A model generated the notes under the pieces. The model ran no database searches, was not told the origin of the DNA, and was given only the letters and a program-made list of their open reading frames with translations. Positions 9,522-19,530 of a stretch of DNA of 64,000 nucleotides are shown here, piece after piece. This DNA comes from a virus: IMG/VR virus record IMGVR_UViG_3300020438_002794, positions 1-64,000 of that record; one strand, 5' to 3'. Within the stretch, counting starts at the first letter, position 1; the number at the start of each line of letters is the position of its first letter. The position numbers and the translations under genes were made by a program.

Positions 9522-10340
9522 CTATATAGTATATTTGTAATCAAATATATCGTCATCTGCCATCCACTCATATACTTGTTCTAAGTTATTTACAAGATTT
9601 CCTTTGTGTCCTTGTTTGTATTTTATCTTCTTATAAGTATCAACCGGTTGTGAGTCAAACCCCAACAGTGGAAGTATCTGTTCAACATCATGTTGCCAAT
9701 CTTCATAATGTATAACATTTTGTATTTGTCCACGCTGTTTAAAGTGTTCAAATAAACGATTTGTTTTTTTCAATGCTTGCACATAAAAATCGTAAATCTG
9801 GTAGTTTATATCAAATGATTCAACATCTACAGTCTGATCCTCAAAACCAATGTGCATAATGTTTGTATGCTTGCTTACCAAATTACTTAATATCTGTTCT
9901 CTTATATCTCGTCTTGCACAGAAAATAAAACTATATCCATCAAGCAAACTAGTATCTTCAAAATATTTCAAAAACGTTTCTGTTTGTATTTTAAAAAAAC
10001 TTTTGTCTTGGTTAGTAACATTTTGTCTAAGCAACTGACTTCTTTTTTTAACTTCTTTTAAGTATCTTTCAGTACCTATTTCGAACGGCTTAGGATTATT
10101 GAGGATAAAGGTACGCTGTACGGATCCATCTATTTGGTCATATGTTTTTATATATGTTCCGTCAGGTAATGGCAGTTTATAAGGTACATTTATATCTTTT
10201 CCGTTTTCGTCATATCTCATCAGATTTTCAGATATACTAGTAATCTCTCCAATATAGTCTTTGTTATGGGCTTGTGCTAAACATTGACCAACAACTGTAC
10301 TGCCGGTTCGATTAAAACTGAGTATTGCAAGTGTTTTCAT
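9522..10340 (-). CDS. sulfotransferase-like protein (Stf0-type)
   Basis: 5'-PSB loop SFNRTGST, 3'-PB RRDIREQILS, IHYED. Confidence 0.75.
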   Translation of the reverse strand: MKTLAILSFNRTGSTVVGQCLAQAHNKDYIGEITSISENLMRYDENGKDINVPYKLPLPDGTYIKTYDQIDGSVQRTFILNNPKPFEIGTERYLKEVKKRSQLLRQNVTNQDKSFFKIQTETFLKYFEDTSLLDGYSFIFCARRDIREQILSNLVSKHTNIMHIGFEDQTVDVESFDINYQIYDFYVQALKKTNRLFEHFKQRGQIQNVIHYEDWQHDVEQILPLLGFDSQPVDTYKKIKYKQGHKGNLVNNLEQVYEWMADDDIFDYKYTI

Positions 10341-11458
10341 ACCTTTCTCTTAGGTATTTTACTATCAGCACTACTAACGCAACTAGGACTAATACAAGGC
10401 ATAGGCTGATCAAATAACTTAAATCCTGTCTCGATGTTGCCAAGAGGAACATCATAGCAACTGTAGCTACGTTTGATACTTCCGTCAGGTTCTCTAATGA
10501 TAATACCTTGATAGCCTGCATTGCAACTCCAGCCTTTAAACTTGTTAAAGTTAAATGCATTAAATCTCTCCGCTTGATCCATGTACCATTTTTTGCCTTT
10601 ACTATCTTGAAATTCAATTTGCATGTGCCAAGGTACACTAGCATCATTTTCGCCTATTGTGTAAGGCGGCAGTTCGAAACTAGGCCTTGGACGAGCATTC
10701 CACTTGCGTTTTGACTCTGTATACGCCATTTGCGGCATACCGTTCCACAATCGCTGTAGCATTTCGTCTGTATAACCGTCCACGACTCTACTTGCCGTTG
10801 GGTCCGATTGAGGTTTGAGGGTAACGTTGATTCCTTGGTTGTGGAAGAATAGGGCATTATCCCAATCTTTCTCAAACCAGTCTGGAACCATAACCATGTT
10901 GATTGTAATTTGTACATCATGTTCCTGACAGAAGATGAGTTTGTCGGCAAACTCTTGCATCTTCTCCTTTGTATTTAAGTGTTCTGTATGTAGGCTAGCT
11001 GTGATACTAGCTCTATGAAATGGCTTTGCATACTCGACATATTTCTCAAACCATTTCATATTGCGACTACAATTTGAGGTCATATGGATACTAGTATAAT
11101 TGGTATTAGGCACATCATTAGCAAGGTGTAAGAGGATTTCCAAATAGCCAGGATGAAAAGTAGGCTCACCGCCAGATAAGCTAAAATGAAAACTATTAAA
11201 TCCATTGTCTCGTGCCTGCCTTTTTATCTCATCGATTGTATGAATACAGAGCTGTGTGGGCCTGTGATCTTTGCGATCTGATCGGGCGTATGGCCAACAA
11301 TAACTGCACTTATAGTTGCAAAAGCGACCAAGAAGCCAACTAACAGTAAACAAATCTCTGTATAGTAGCGTCCTTTGTCCGACCGAAACCAAGTCATCAA
11401 ACGGTATTTTTGTAAAGTCATAATCACTCCACTTTAAATCTTCATTGGATTGTGCCAT
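10337..11458 (-). CDS. radical SAM protein with C-terminal twitch-like Cys module (type B)
   Basis: CNYKCSYC, SGGEPT, TSN, SLHTE; C-terminal FKGWSCNAG...SC...CISPSCVSSAD. Confidence 0.92.
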   Translation of the reverse strand: MAQSNEDLKWSDYDFTKIPFDDLVSVGQRTLLYRDLFTVSWLLGRFCNYKCSYCWPYARSDRKDHRPTQLCIHTIDEIKRQARDNGFNSFHFSLSGGEPTFHPGYLEILLHLANDVPNTNYTSIHMTSNCSRNMKWFEKYVEYAKPFHRASITASLHTEHLNTKEKMQEFADKLIFCQEHDVQITINMVMVPDWFEKDWDNALFFHNQGINVTLKPQSDPTASRVVDGYTDEMLQRLWNGMPQMAYTESKRKWNARPRPSFELPPYTIGENDASVPWHMQIEFQDSKGKKWYMDQAERFNAFNFNKFKGWSCNAGYQGIIIREPDGSIKRSYSCYDVPLGNIETGFKLFDQPMPCISPSCVSSADSKIPKRKV

Positions 11459-11612
11459 CTAATCGTTTCTCTAGGTATTCGATAACTGCTGGATAAAGAT
11501 CATTAGGCTTTTCTGCATGTAGCTCACGCACCGCATTCAGTTCATGTTCTAAGAATTCTCTAACAGTCCAACTTTCATAATCGCTGTTGGTTGCATGTAC
11601 TTTAAATTCCAT
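11442..11612 (-). CDS. small hypothetical protein (56 aa, not in ORF track)
   Basis: Manual translation MEFKVHATNSDYESWTVREFLEHELNAVRELHAEKPNDLYPAVIEYLEKRLDGTIQ; overlaps both neighbours. Confidence 0.65.
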   Translation of the reverse strand: MEFKVHATNSDYESWTVREFLEHELNAVRELHAEKPNDLYPAVIEYLEKRLDGTIQ

Positions 11613-12150
11613 TTCTTACTTTCTCCGTAAAAATTTCTGCGCCATTGGCTACATTAGTAGTCCAGTCGTCCATAGCGTTTTCATCTGCCATATCACTAAT
11701 ATACTTAAAACTTCTAAATTTAATATTATATTCTCTGGCTACATAAGCCAATGCCCAACCTTCCATATCCACACAATCTATATTTTGTTGTTCAAACCAT
11801 GGGTCAGGTTCCATAACAAAACTATCACCTGTACCACAACGTATACCTTGTCCTGATGTTTGTATTTCACCTAACAATGGTTCAGTAAACGGAATACTAC
11901 CTCTGGGTGCTTGTGGCTCCGCCATCATATCACGCTGTAAAAATGAACCAACTTCATGTAGTCCACTAATACCACTTACACCACCTGCAGTACCGTAATT
12001 CCAAATTTCAACTGGTTTATAAACGTGACATAAACTTTTTGCAAGTGCAGTAGCCGCTTGTACTTTGCCTACTCCAGTATATATTACTGTGTATCCATTC
12101 ATTTTAAAATCAGGTAGTTCAGCTTCTAGAGCTACACATATTGTTATCAT
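11602..12150 (-). CDS. mtnN: 5'-methylthioadenosine/S-adenosylhomocysteine nucleosidase (MTAN/Pfs family)
   Basis: VALEAE, GVGKVQAA, NYGTAGG, TGDSF, VDMEG, KYISDMAD. Confidence 0.85.
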   Translation of the reverse strand: MITICVALEAELPDFKMNGYTVIYTGVGKVQAATALAKSLCHVYKPVEIWNYGTAGGVSGISGLHEVGSFLQRDMMAEPQAPRGSIPFTEPLLGEIQTSGQGIRCGTGDSFVMEPDPWFEQQNIDCVDMEGWALAYVAREYNIKFRSFKYISDMADENAMDDWTTNVANGAEIFTEKVRNGI

Positions 12151-12695
12151 TGTTGCCTCGCCTGCATTGGATCAATGCTTATCTCATTTATATTAACATC
12201 TTTTGGCTGTTCTATCAACCACTTTACATATCTAGCGGCTTGATCAATACTCATACATACCCTGTCAGGGTGCTTGTGTTGATTGTTGCTGAGTGTACCA
12301 AAACTTATGTAGCTGGTCTTTGGTCCGCTGTGCCATACTCCTAATAAAGATAAGCTATTGCTGTAGTCACGCAATGCTTTCTTTTCAGCATTATACAACC
12401 AAGCTGATCCTTTCTTAGTTCTATCAGTAGTTGAGCCAATACATACAATATGTGCTTCGCTTTTGGCTGTTCTAAGCGCCTTGTATACTATATCCAGTAG
12501 GACAGTTTGATGAAAGCGCCATAATGCACTGTTTATTATAATTATGTCATGTTTAGTACATTCGTTTGCAAATGTAAACATATGATCTGTTTTAGTTAAA
12601 TCGTATCCTGATTCTCTGCTACAAAAAACAGCATTTGGATACAGTTTATGTAATGCTTGTGCAACACCTTCTTTGGGATTACCTGTTATAATCAT
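12147..12695 (-). CDS. short-chain dehydrogenase/reductase, compact
   Basis: ITGNPKEGVA (variant TGxxxGxG), IINSA, IGS, YNAEK (YxxxK), VNINEI. Confidence 0.75.
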   Translation of the reverse strand: MIITGNPKEGVAQALHKLYPNAVFCSRESGYDLTKTDHMFTFANECTKHDIIIINSALWRFHQTVLLDIVYKALRTAKSEAHIVCIGSTTDRTKKGSAWLYNAEKKALRDYSNSLSLLGVWHSGPKTSYISFGTLSNNQHKHPDRVCMSIDQAARYVKWLIEQPKDVNINEISIDPMQARQQ

Positions 12696-13836
12696 ATGTC
12701 TCTCCTCTTATTTTATCTAATTTTGTACTCCATTCTACAAAATATTTTTGATGTCGTTCAATACTATCATGTGTTAATTCTTTTATTATGTCTTTGAAAT
12801 ATTCATGGTCAGGATATCTTTGTTGTAATCGCAATACCTGTTGCATAGCTTGTTGTTTTTGTTCATCACTAGCATGTCTTGCCTGTAGTTGTTTTGGACC
12901 AGTTAATACTCTGTGTTCAATATAATCGATGCCTACATAACTTAAACACCAATTGTAAAACTCTTCTAAGTTACACATATTGTATACTTGATAAGTTCCG
13001 TTCAAACTCAGTGTATTATGCCATTCGTCTCTGCCTCCTTTTTGCCATTTATTGAGTTGCTGAATCTTAACATTTACTTCTTCCCATGTATAGTTATAGC
13101 CACGCATATATGGATACAAATCTCCAGTTGCGTCTATACTAACATGTATTTGAGTTCGCAAATAGTCTTTCAACTCTTCTAGTCTGGACACATCTAATTT
13201 GCTGGCATTTGTAGTAATTAACAATTTTACTTTTATCGGATCAACATATTGTTTTAGTTTATCCAAAAAGTCAAACACACTATTGTCCATAAATGGTTCA
13301 CCGCCTGTTATCCATATGCCATGTAGTTCTCCAAGCTCAGGGCCAAACTCTTGCAAAAACTTGTCTACATCTATTTGTTGTTTGGGATTACTTTGACTAG
13401 CGTCATATTTACCACCCATTTTTTTCCAGTCTGGTATCCACGCATTACTAAAATGTGGACCACACATTCTGCATTTAAAATTGCATATATTATTAAAGTT
13501 CATATATAAATGTTTTATTTTATTTCTGCGAACGTTTAAATTTTTTACATAAACATTCTCTTCACCCATATACTTTTTTTCGCCTTTTTGCGAAAACCAT
13601 TTGTTACGTCTACTGGTCTGTCCGTTTTGCTCTTTGTACCAACAACTATGACAACCATCTTCGTCCCATTTACCCGCAAGCATGTCAGTACGCAGAGTGG
13701 TAAACTTATCGTTACTCCATGCATCACGTTCGATTGGACCCATGTTGTAGTTACTCATCATGCATCTTGTTAGCCAATTGTTTGGATTAACTGCAAGTGT
13801 TACAAATGGCATTGGGCAATATGTATCTTTATGCAT
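12679..13836 (-). CDS. radical SAM protein with N-terminal SPASM/twitch-like module (type A)
   Basis: CPMPF...C...CHSC, then CNFKCRMC, TGGEPF, TTN, SID. Confidence 0.92.
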   Translation of the reverse strand: MHKDTYCPMPFVTLAVNPNNWLTRCMMSNYNMGPIERDAWSNDKFTTLRTDMLAGKWDEDGCHSCWYKEQNGQTSRRNKWFSQKGEKKYMGEENVYVKNLNVRRNKIKHLYMNFNNICNFKCRMCGPHFSNAWIPDWKKMGGKYDASQSNPKQQIDVDKFLQEFGPELGELHGIWITGGEPFMDNSVFDFLDKLKQYVDPIKVKLLITTNASKLDVSRLEELKDYLRTQIHVSIDATGDLYPYMRGYNYTWEEVNVKIQQLNKWQKGGRDEWHNTLSLNGTYQVYNMCNLEEFYNWCLSYVGIDYIEHRVLTGPKQLQARHASDEQKQQAMQQVLRLQQRYPDHEYFKDIIKELTHDSIERHQKYFVEWSTKLDKIRGETYDYNR

Positions 13837-15031
13837 AATGACTCCATTCAGGATAAGCTAGTGCGAAACTTTGTTTACGACTTGTATCTAGAAGACCTTG
13901 TACTCTTCTAAATTCATTGAGATCGATATCTTCTTTTGTGTTATCTAGTGCATAATCTATTGCACCTTTTATTTTATTTAAGTGCTTGATTACCAGAGGT
14001 TTTTGTGCAGATTGGATCCTATCACTATAAAAGTTGCTAGCCCTGTCTAAATCTTTTTTATAAAAATTCATAATACTCATTTCAAACGGATCTTGTACAA
14101 TATTAAAAACAAATTCTATATCTGAATAGTATTCAACCATGTCTGCCAAATGATACATGTTCATCCAGCTTATACCTGCATGAAAGTTTAAATGCCACTG
14201 TGGGCCTTGATTGCGGACAAACTCTGCATACTGTTTTACATTAGCGTCAACTATATGCCAATCATCTTTTGCACTTCTGGCCCAAGCATGACGTTGTCCC
14301 ATACCTTCAGCACTTATTTGTATTCTTTTATTTTTATTACCTTTAAAATGACTGAACTGTTCTAGTAGATCATATTTGCCATATTTTATTGTTGTACCAT
14401 TTGTTATCAAACTTAATGCTATATCAGTATTGCCTACTCTGATTATTTCTTCCAGCATCTGATAAGTTCCAGGCATAATAGTTGGCTCACCGCCTGCCAT
14501 TTTTATTTTCTTTACATAAGGTAAATGCGTTTTAAAGTCGTCCCATTTCATATCAAATTCTGCAATGCCAGTTTTTGGATTAACGTTTGACACTTCCATG
14601 CCCAGCATCTTAGCTTCTTTAAGCCAAAGATTACTGCTACTCAACCCACAGAATCTACATTTATAATTGCACAAGTTGCTCCAGCGTATATCCAAATACT
14701 CCAAGTGAAAGTTGTCCATACTCCCATCTGCATTAGTAACTGAACGGGCTTGTTCTTCATCCCACCAATGATATGTTTTCAAACTAAATGTTCGTACACT
14801 ATCGTCAGATAACTTTTCTCTGTTATTGCATTTCCAACACATGCTAGGCACAGTGTTAGGATCGAGTAGTTCTAATCTCAATTTTTTCATAATTGAATTG
14901 TTTGCTGTTTCAGCTATTGTGCTAGCCATTTCAAAAGGGTCTTTATACGTTTCACAACAGGCTTGTACTTGCCCGCCACTTCTGAACATCAAATGATTCC
15001 AAGGCAAAGGACAAAAGAAATCATTGCTCAT
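13829..15031 (-). CDS. radical SAM protein, type A
   Basis: CPLPW..ACC..CWKC; LDIRWSNLCNYKCRFC; AGGEPT. Confidence 0.92.
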   Translation of the reverse strand: MSNDFFCPLPWNHLMFRSGGQVQACCETYKDPFEMASTIAETANNSIMKKLRLELLDPNTVPSMCWKCNNREKLSDDSVRTFSLKTYHWWDEEQARSVTNADGSMDNFHLEYLDIRWSNLCNYKCRFCGLSSSNLWLKEAKMLGMEVSNVNPKTGIAEFDMKWDDFKTHLPYVKKIKMAGGEPTIMPGTYQMLEEIIRVGNTDIALSLITNGTTIKYGKYDLLEQFSHFKGNKNKRIQISAEGMGQRHAWARSAKDDWHIVDANVKQYAEFVRNQGPQWHLNFHAGISWMNMYHLADMVEYYSDIEFVFNIVQDPFEMSIMNFYKKDLDRASNFYSDRIQSAQKPLVIKHLNKIKGAIDYALDNTKEDIDLNEFRRVQGLLDTSRKQSFALAYPEWSHYA

Positions 15032-16238
15032 ATAAGTGCCTCCACTCTGGAAATATATCTATAAAACTTTGATTTCTGCTTGCATCTAATATGTTATGAA
15101 TAGATTTAAAGTATGCTATATCAAAATCATTACTGGTATTTCTAACACAATTTTCGATAGTTTGTTTAACCTGTTGTAAATGTTTAGTAACCCGAGGAGG
15201 TAATGGACAGTCTAATATCCTTTCGTAATGTTGTACACAACGTTCAAGTTCACTGCGGGTAAAAGCATTTATATTAAGTTCGGTTGGAAAAGTTACAAGA
15301 TTAAAGTCAAACTCCATATCGGGATAGGCTTGTATAAAACTGGGCAGATGCCATAGGTTTACCCAAGAAATACCTACATGGAAAAATGCGTTTCTGCGGA
15401 CGTTGTTTGGTGCTGTCACAGTGAAACTTTTGTATTTTTCAATATTTTTAGCAACATTATCCCAGTCTGTTTTCCCAGCTCGTTGCCAATCATGTCTAAT
15501 TCCCATACTTTCTGCACTAATATGTATTCTGACAGAGTTAAAATTTTCTAATAGACTTAATATATTATATTTTCCATATTCAACTTTAGATGCATTTGTT
15601 ACCAAAATTAGCTGTAAATCAAGATTGCCTATGTTAATAAGTTCTTCCAACAGTTGATAAGTGCCGGGCATAATAGTTGGTTCACCGCCAGCTAGTTTAA
15701 GTTTTTTTAGATAAGGCAAATGTGGTTTTAAATCTTCCCAGTCTATGTTGTATTCTTTGATGCCAGTTTTTGTATCATAACCTGTGTATTTTCCTCTTCC
15801 TAATTTATATCCTAATAGCTTATGATCTTTAAGCCAAAGGTTACTGCTACCTAAACTACAAAATCTACATTTGTAATTGCATAGATTACTTGACCTGATA
15901 TCTAGATACTCTAGGCGAAAGTTATCTGTTGTACCGTCGGGATAAGTTATTTCCTTTGCTGATTTAGGATTGATATGTGGAAATACTTTTAAATTATTTG
16001 TCCTCATACTAGGGACTGATGAATTTTCTTTTTTAACACAAATATGACACATTTTAGGAGTTGTGTTGGGATCTAATAGATCCAATCTAAGCTGACGTAA
16101 AACGGGATTATTTGCTGTTTCTGCTATAGTTTCACTAGGATCAAACTGATTCTCCCATGTTTCACAACAGGCTTGTACTTTGCCATTGGGTTTAAAAAAC
16201 AAATGATTCCAAGGTAAAGGACAAAAGAAATTATTCAT
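15021..16238 (-). CDS. radical SAM protein, type A (close paralog of 13829-15031)
   Basis: CPLPW..ACC..CHIC; CNYKCRFC; AGGEPT; ATG 16238 preferred (GGAG SD). Confidence 0.92.
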   Translation of the reverse strand: MNNFFCPLPWNHLFFKPNGKVQACCETWENQFDPSETIAETANNPVLRQLRLDLLDPNTTPKMCHICVKKENSSVPSMRTNNLKVFPHINPKSAKEITYPDGTTDNFRLEYLDIRSSNLCNYKCRFCSLGSSNLWLKDHKLLGYKLGRGKYTGYDTKTGIKEYNIDWEDLKPHLPYLKKLKLAGGEPTIMPGTYQLLEELINIGNLDLQLILVTNASKVEYGKYNILSLLENFNSVRIHISAESMGIRHDWQRAGKTDWDNVAKNIEKYKSFTVTAPNNVRRNAFFHVGISWVNLWHLPSFIQAYPDMEFDFNLVTFPTELNINAFTRSELERCVQHYERILDCPLPPRVTKHLQQVKQTIENCVRNTSNDFDIAYFKSIHNILDASRNQSFIDIFPEWRHLYEQ

Positions 16239-17385
16239 AATGCTCAAACTCCGGAACTATACTGTGCAAGTTTTCACTTCTGCTAGCGTCTAGTGTGTGC
16301 GTATACTTGTAAAAAGCTGGTAGTTTTTCACTCCAATCCTCATGCCACATGTAGTCAATTATGCCTTGTACTTTGGGCAAATGCACATATGGTTTTAATT
16401 GTTCATGTGCTTGCTGTTTAAGTGCATTGGGCAACACTCTTATATTCAAATATTCAGGATGATTTAATATATTAAAATATATTTTATGCCCGTATGGCTT
16501 GGCCCATTCTATAAATTGGGGCATACGCAATATGTTATACATTTGCACTGTACAATGTATTTCTATATTTGCATTATCAAGTGTTTGTATACTTTCAAAG
16601 TTTTCTAACACTGTCTGCCAACGACTGGGATGTCTGATATAATGATCTAGTTCACCCACAGCATCTATTGAACAGTTGAGTTGTATGCGTTTAAAGTGTC
16701 TCCATCTATCTAATAACCAACTGGGCATTTTAACCAAGTTGGTATTATATTTTAATCTTATATCTTTTGCTGTGCCGTTGTCAATAAAATAATCTAATAA
16801 ACGCTGTTGTTTTTTAATTACAGTTGGTTCGCCACCTGTTAAGTATATTTCTTCAACAGTGTGTGCAATAGCAAACAAGTTTTGCCAAGTCTTTTCTTCT
16901 TCGGGCCAATCCATTCTGCTGAGACGTTTGTATTCACTTTCACTTAGTGCAGTTTCAACACTGGCCCACTCCTTTACCCACATGTTACTGGCATAGGGAT
17001 TACACATTCTACATTTTAAGTTGCACAAGTTGCTGAGCCTAAGATCCACATATTTGATATCAAATGGAGCATCTTCAGTATACTGTTTGTCTTCACTCCA
17101 TTTTTCATTCCATGCTTGTCTGGCACTGCGGATACCTGCGTCCTCTTCTCTAAAACAACGTGTACACATCTCTGGTCGTTCACTGTTTAACAGTTGCTTG
17201 CGGATCTCGGCATATGTTTCACTGTTCCATGCTTGTTGCATATCATCTCTGTACAGCTTATAAGGAGTTCCGTCGGGCTTGAGAATAAAGTTTTTGCCCG
17301 GTGTGCTATTACAACACACTCTCAAGTTACCACTTGCGTTTGTAGCTAGATGCATCCAAGGCAATATGCAAAACGTATCAGACAT
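16231..17385 (-). CDS. radical SAM protein, type A
   Basis: CILPW..VCC..CTRC; DLRLSNLCNLKCRMC; TGGEPT; ATG 17385 preferred. Confidence 0.93.
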   Translation of the reverse strand: MSDTFCILPWMHLATNASGNLRVCCNSTPGKNFILKPDGTPYKLYRDDMQQAWNSETYAEIRKQLLNSERPEMCTRCFREEDAGIRSARQAWNEKWSEDKQYTEDAPFDIKYVDLRLSNLCNLKCRMCNPYASNMWVKEWASVETALSESEYKRLSRMDWPEEEKTWQNLFAIAHTVEEIYLTGGEPTVIKKQQRLLDYFIDNGTAKDIRLKYNTNLVKMPSWLLDRWRHFKRIQLNCSIDAVGELDHYIRHPSRWQTVLENFESIQTLDNANIEIHCTVQMYNILRMPQFIEWAKPYGHKIYFNILNHPEYLNIRVLPNALKQQAHEQLKPYVHLPKVQGIIDYMWHEDWSEKLPAFYKYTHTLDASRSENLHSIVPEFEHYE

Positions 17386-18559
17386 ATGGTGCAAACTCCG
17401 GTACTACGTCAACAAGATTGGTGTTTCTTGTACTGTCTAATGTTTGTGTAAAACGTAAGAACTGTTTAAAATATTGACTTTCATCTTTAGCATTCATAAA
17501 TGCCATATTTTGATTAATAAATCTATGTATACGTTTATTGCGTTCACCTCTGGGCTCTACTGTATTTAAATATTTTTTATATTTTTCAGTGGCTTTTTGT
17601 TTTAATTCCTCGGGCAATACTTGTGGATTAATGAATATAGGATCCCATGCTATATTACCATGCACAGGAGTATCCAATATACGTTCAAAGTATTCATAGC
17701 TTTCAGGTAATCCAAACACATTCCAAGCACTGTAGCACAGTGCCGCTCTACCAATATATTTGTTGCCCAGTTCAGCTTTCACTAATTTTAAATTTTCTGC
17801 TAGTACATCAGTATCTGATTCAGTTCTTATATAATTGTTTAATTCAGGATGTCCGTCTATGCTTAAACTAAGATCAACAGCTTTGAACTTTGCCCAACTG
17901 GCTATAGTATCAAACTTTCCGAACTTGACTTTGCTGAGATTTGTGCTATACTTAACACTTATATTAGTGGCAAAGGGCTCTAATGCTTCCAACACTCTAT
18001 AGTGCAGTGGATCCATAAGTGGCTCACCTCCTGCAAATTCTACTATTTCAATGGTAGGTGCTAGTCTCAGTATGTCTTGTATAAATTGATCATTATCAAA
18101 ATTTGTTTGTCTTGCAGTATCATTGTGTAGTCCTAAACTTTTATACTCATGTTTAACTGCACTCCAGTCTTTCATCCATGTTGTACTCAGCTCAGGCTTG
18201 CAAGTTCTGCATCTGAAGTTACACAAGTTGCTCATTTTAAGTTCTAATACTGGTACTACAAACGGCATCTCTATGGTGCATGTATCGGGAATCATGTGTT
18301 GTCTGGTCTTGTTCATACTTTGTCGCATACTAACTGAACCTTGATCTTCCATATCCCAACACTGAAAACAGTGTTTGTTACGCACACCTGTTAATAAATC
18401 TTTTCTTAGTTGCTGTTGACGCTCACTGTTCCATGCTTGTTCGAAAGTCATGTCTTTTATATTGCCCAATGTATCTCTACTGCGACAACAAGGAGTTATA
18501 TCACCATTGGGTCTAGTGCTTAGGTGTGTAAATGGTAATACGCAAAATGTATCAGTCAT
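17378..18559 (-). CDS. radical SAM protein, type A
   Basis: CVLPF..PCC..CFQC; CNFRCRTC; AGGEPL; ATG 18559 (ATGA overlap) preferred. Confidence 0.93.
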   Translation of the reverse strand: MTDTFCVLPFTHLSTRPNGDITPCCRSRDTLGNIKDMTFEQAWNSERQQQLRKDLLTGVRNKHCFQCWDMEDQGSVSMRQSMNKTRQHMIPDTCTIEMPFVVPVLELKMSNLCNFRCRTCKPELSTTWMKDWSAVKHEYKSLGLHNDTARQTNFDNDQFIQDILRLAPTIEIVEFAGGEPLMDPLHYRVLEALEPFATNISVKYSTNLSKVKFGKFDTIASWAKFKAVDLSLSIDGHPELNNYIRTESDTDVLAENLKLVKAELGNKYIGRAALCYSAWNVFGLPESYEYFERILDTPVHGNIAWDPIFINPQVLPEELKQKATEKYKKYLNTVEPRGERNKRIHRFINQNMAFMNAKDESQYFKQFLRFTQTLDSTRNTNLVDVVPEFAPYV

Positions 18560-19530
18560 GCTGTTTCCAACCATTTAGTTGTATTGAGATCTGCCGCACA
18601 GTTGCACCACTGCTTCATACAAAGCACAGGATCTTCTTCTAGCGTAAATCCAGTTTCAATATTACCCAATACTCCGCCTTGCTTGCACGTTGCTCTATAC
18701 ACACTACCATCATTGTCTATCATCAGTGTTTCAATACCAGCCATGCACTTCCATTTTTTAAATGTATTCCATTTGTTTTTGGTTAGTGTATTAACATTGT
18801 CCATCCAACTTTCATCTTGTGTAAACAATTCACAATTTAGCTCTGCTGTACCTGCACGATTAAAACTTTCCATATAGTCTAGCTCAGCTTGATTGTAATA
18901 ATTCTCTGCTCCGGCGTATTGTATACCGGCAAACTTCATGCCACTGCTATAAGGCTTGTTCATTTCGCCTGTTTGTAAATTGGTCATTGGTCTAATACGT
19001 CTTATATTAAATTGAATTTCGTTTGCATTAAGCCATTCAACTACTGAACGTATCTCTTGTAATTTTCCAGGCAAGTACATTAGGTGTACTTTTACTTGCT
19101 TGCGATTTAAATTGCTGAGTACATGTTTCATATGATCCACACGCAAAAATTCAAAGTGCCAACTGAATATCAAACTGTCAATTAATTCTAATGCACGTTG
19201 ATATTTTTCCAATGGCAAACTGCCATTTGTTATAGTACTGCATTCTTCTACTCCGTAACGTGGAAATAATTCTAATATATCCAATATGCGTGGGTGTACA
19301 AACGGCTCACCTCCAGTTATACTCATGCGTATTTGTTTGTCCGCATAAAACTCACGCATGGTCTTCACAGCATATTCAAACTTTTCAAAAGGCAAGTGCT
19401 TGCTTTTGTTGTCGTGTAGGTCTGCACCGCAATAGCTACAATCAAAGTTACAGCGTCTACCCATGTTCCATTCAATGCGTACCCACTCTTTATACTTTTT
19501 ATTGCTGTGTTCTACTCTTACCAGTTGCAC
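18556..19530 (-). CDS. radical SAM protein, type B
   Basis: CNFDCSYC, TGGEPF, TNG, SWHFE; C-terminal FKKWKCMAG..TC..CMKQWCNCAAD. Confidence 0.92.
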   Translation of the reverse strand: MQLVRVEHSNKKYKEWVRIEWNMGRRCNFDCSYCGADLHDNKSKHLPFEKFEYAVKTMREFYADKQIRMSITGGEPFVHPRILDILELFPRYGVEECSTITNGSLPLEKYQRALELIDSLIFSWHFEFLRVDHMKHVLSNLNRKQVKVHLMYLPGKLQEIRSVVEWLNANEIQFNIRRIRPMTNLQTGEMNKPYSSGMKFAGIQYAGAENYYNQAELDYMESFNRAGTAELNCELFTQDESWMDNVNTLTKNKWNTFKKWKCMAGIETLMIDNDGSVYRATCKQGGVLGNIETGFTLEEDPVLCMKQWCNCAADLNTTKWLETA

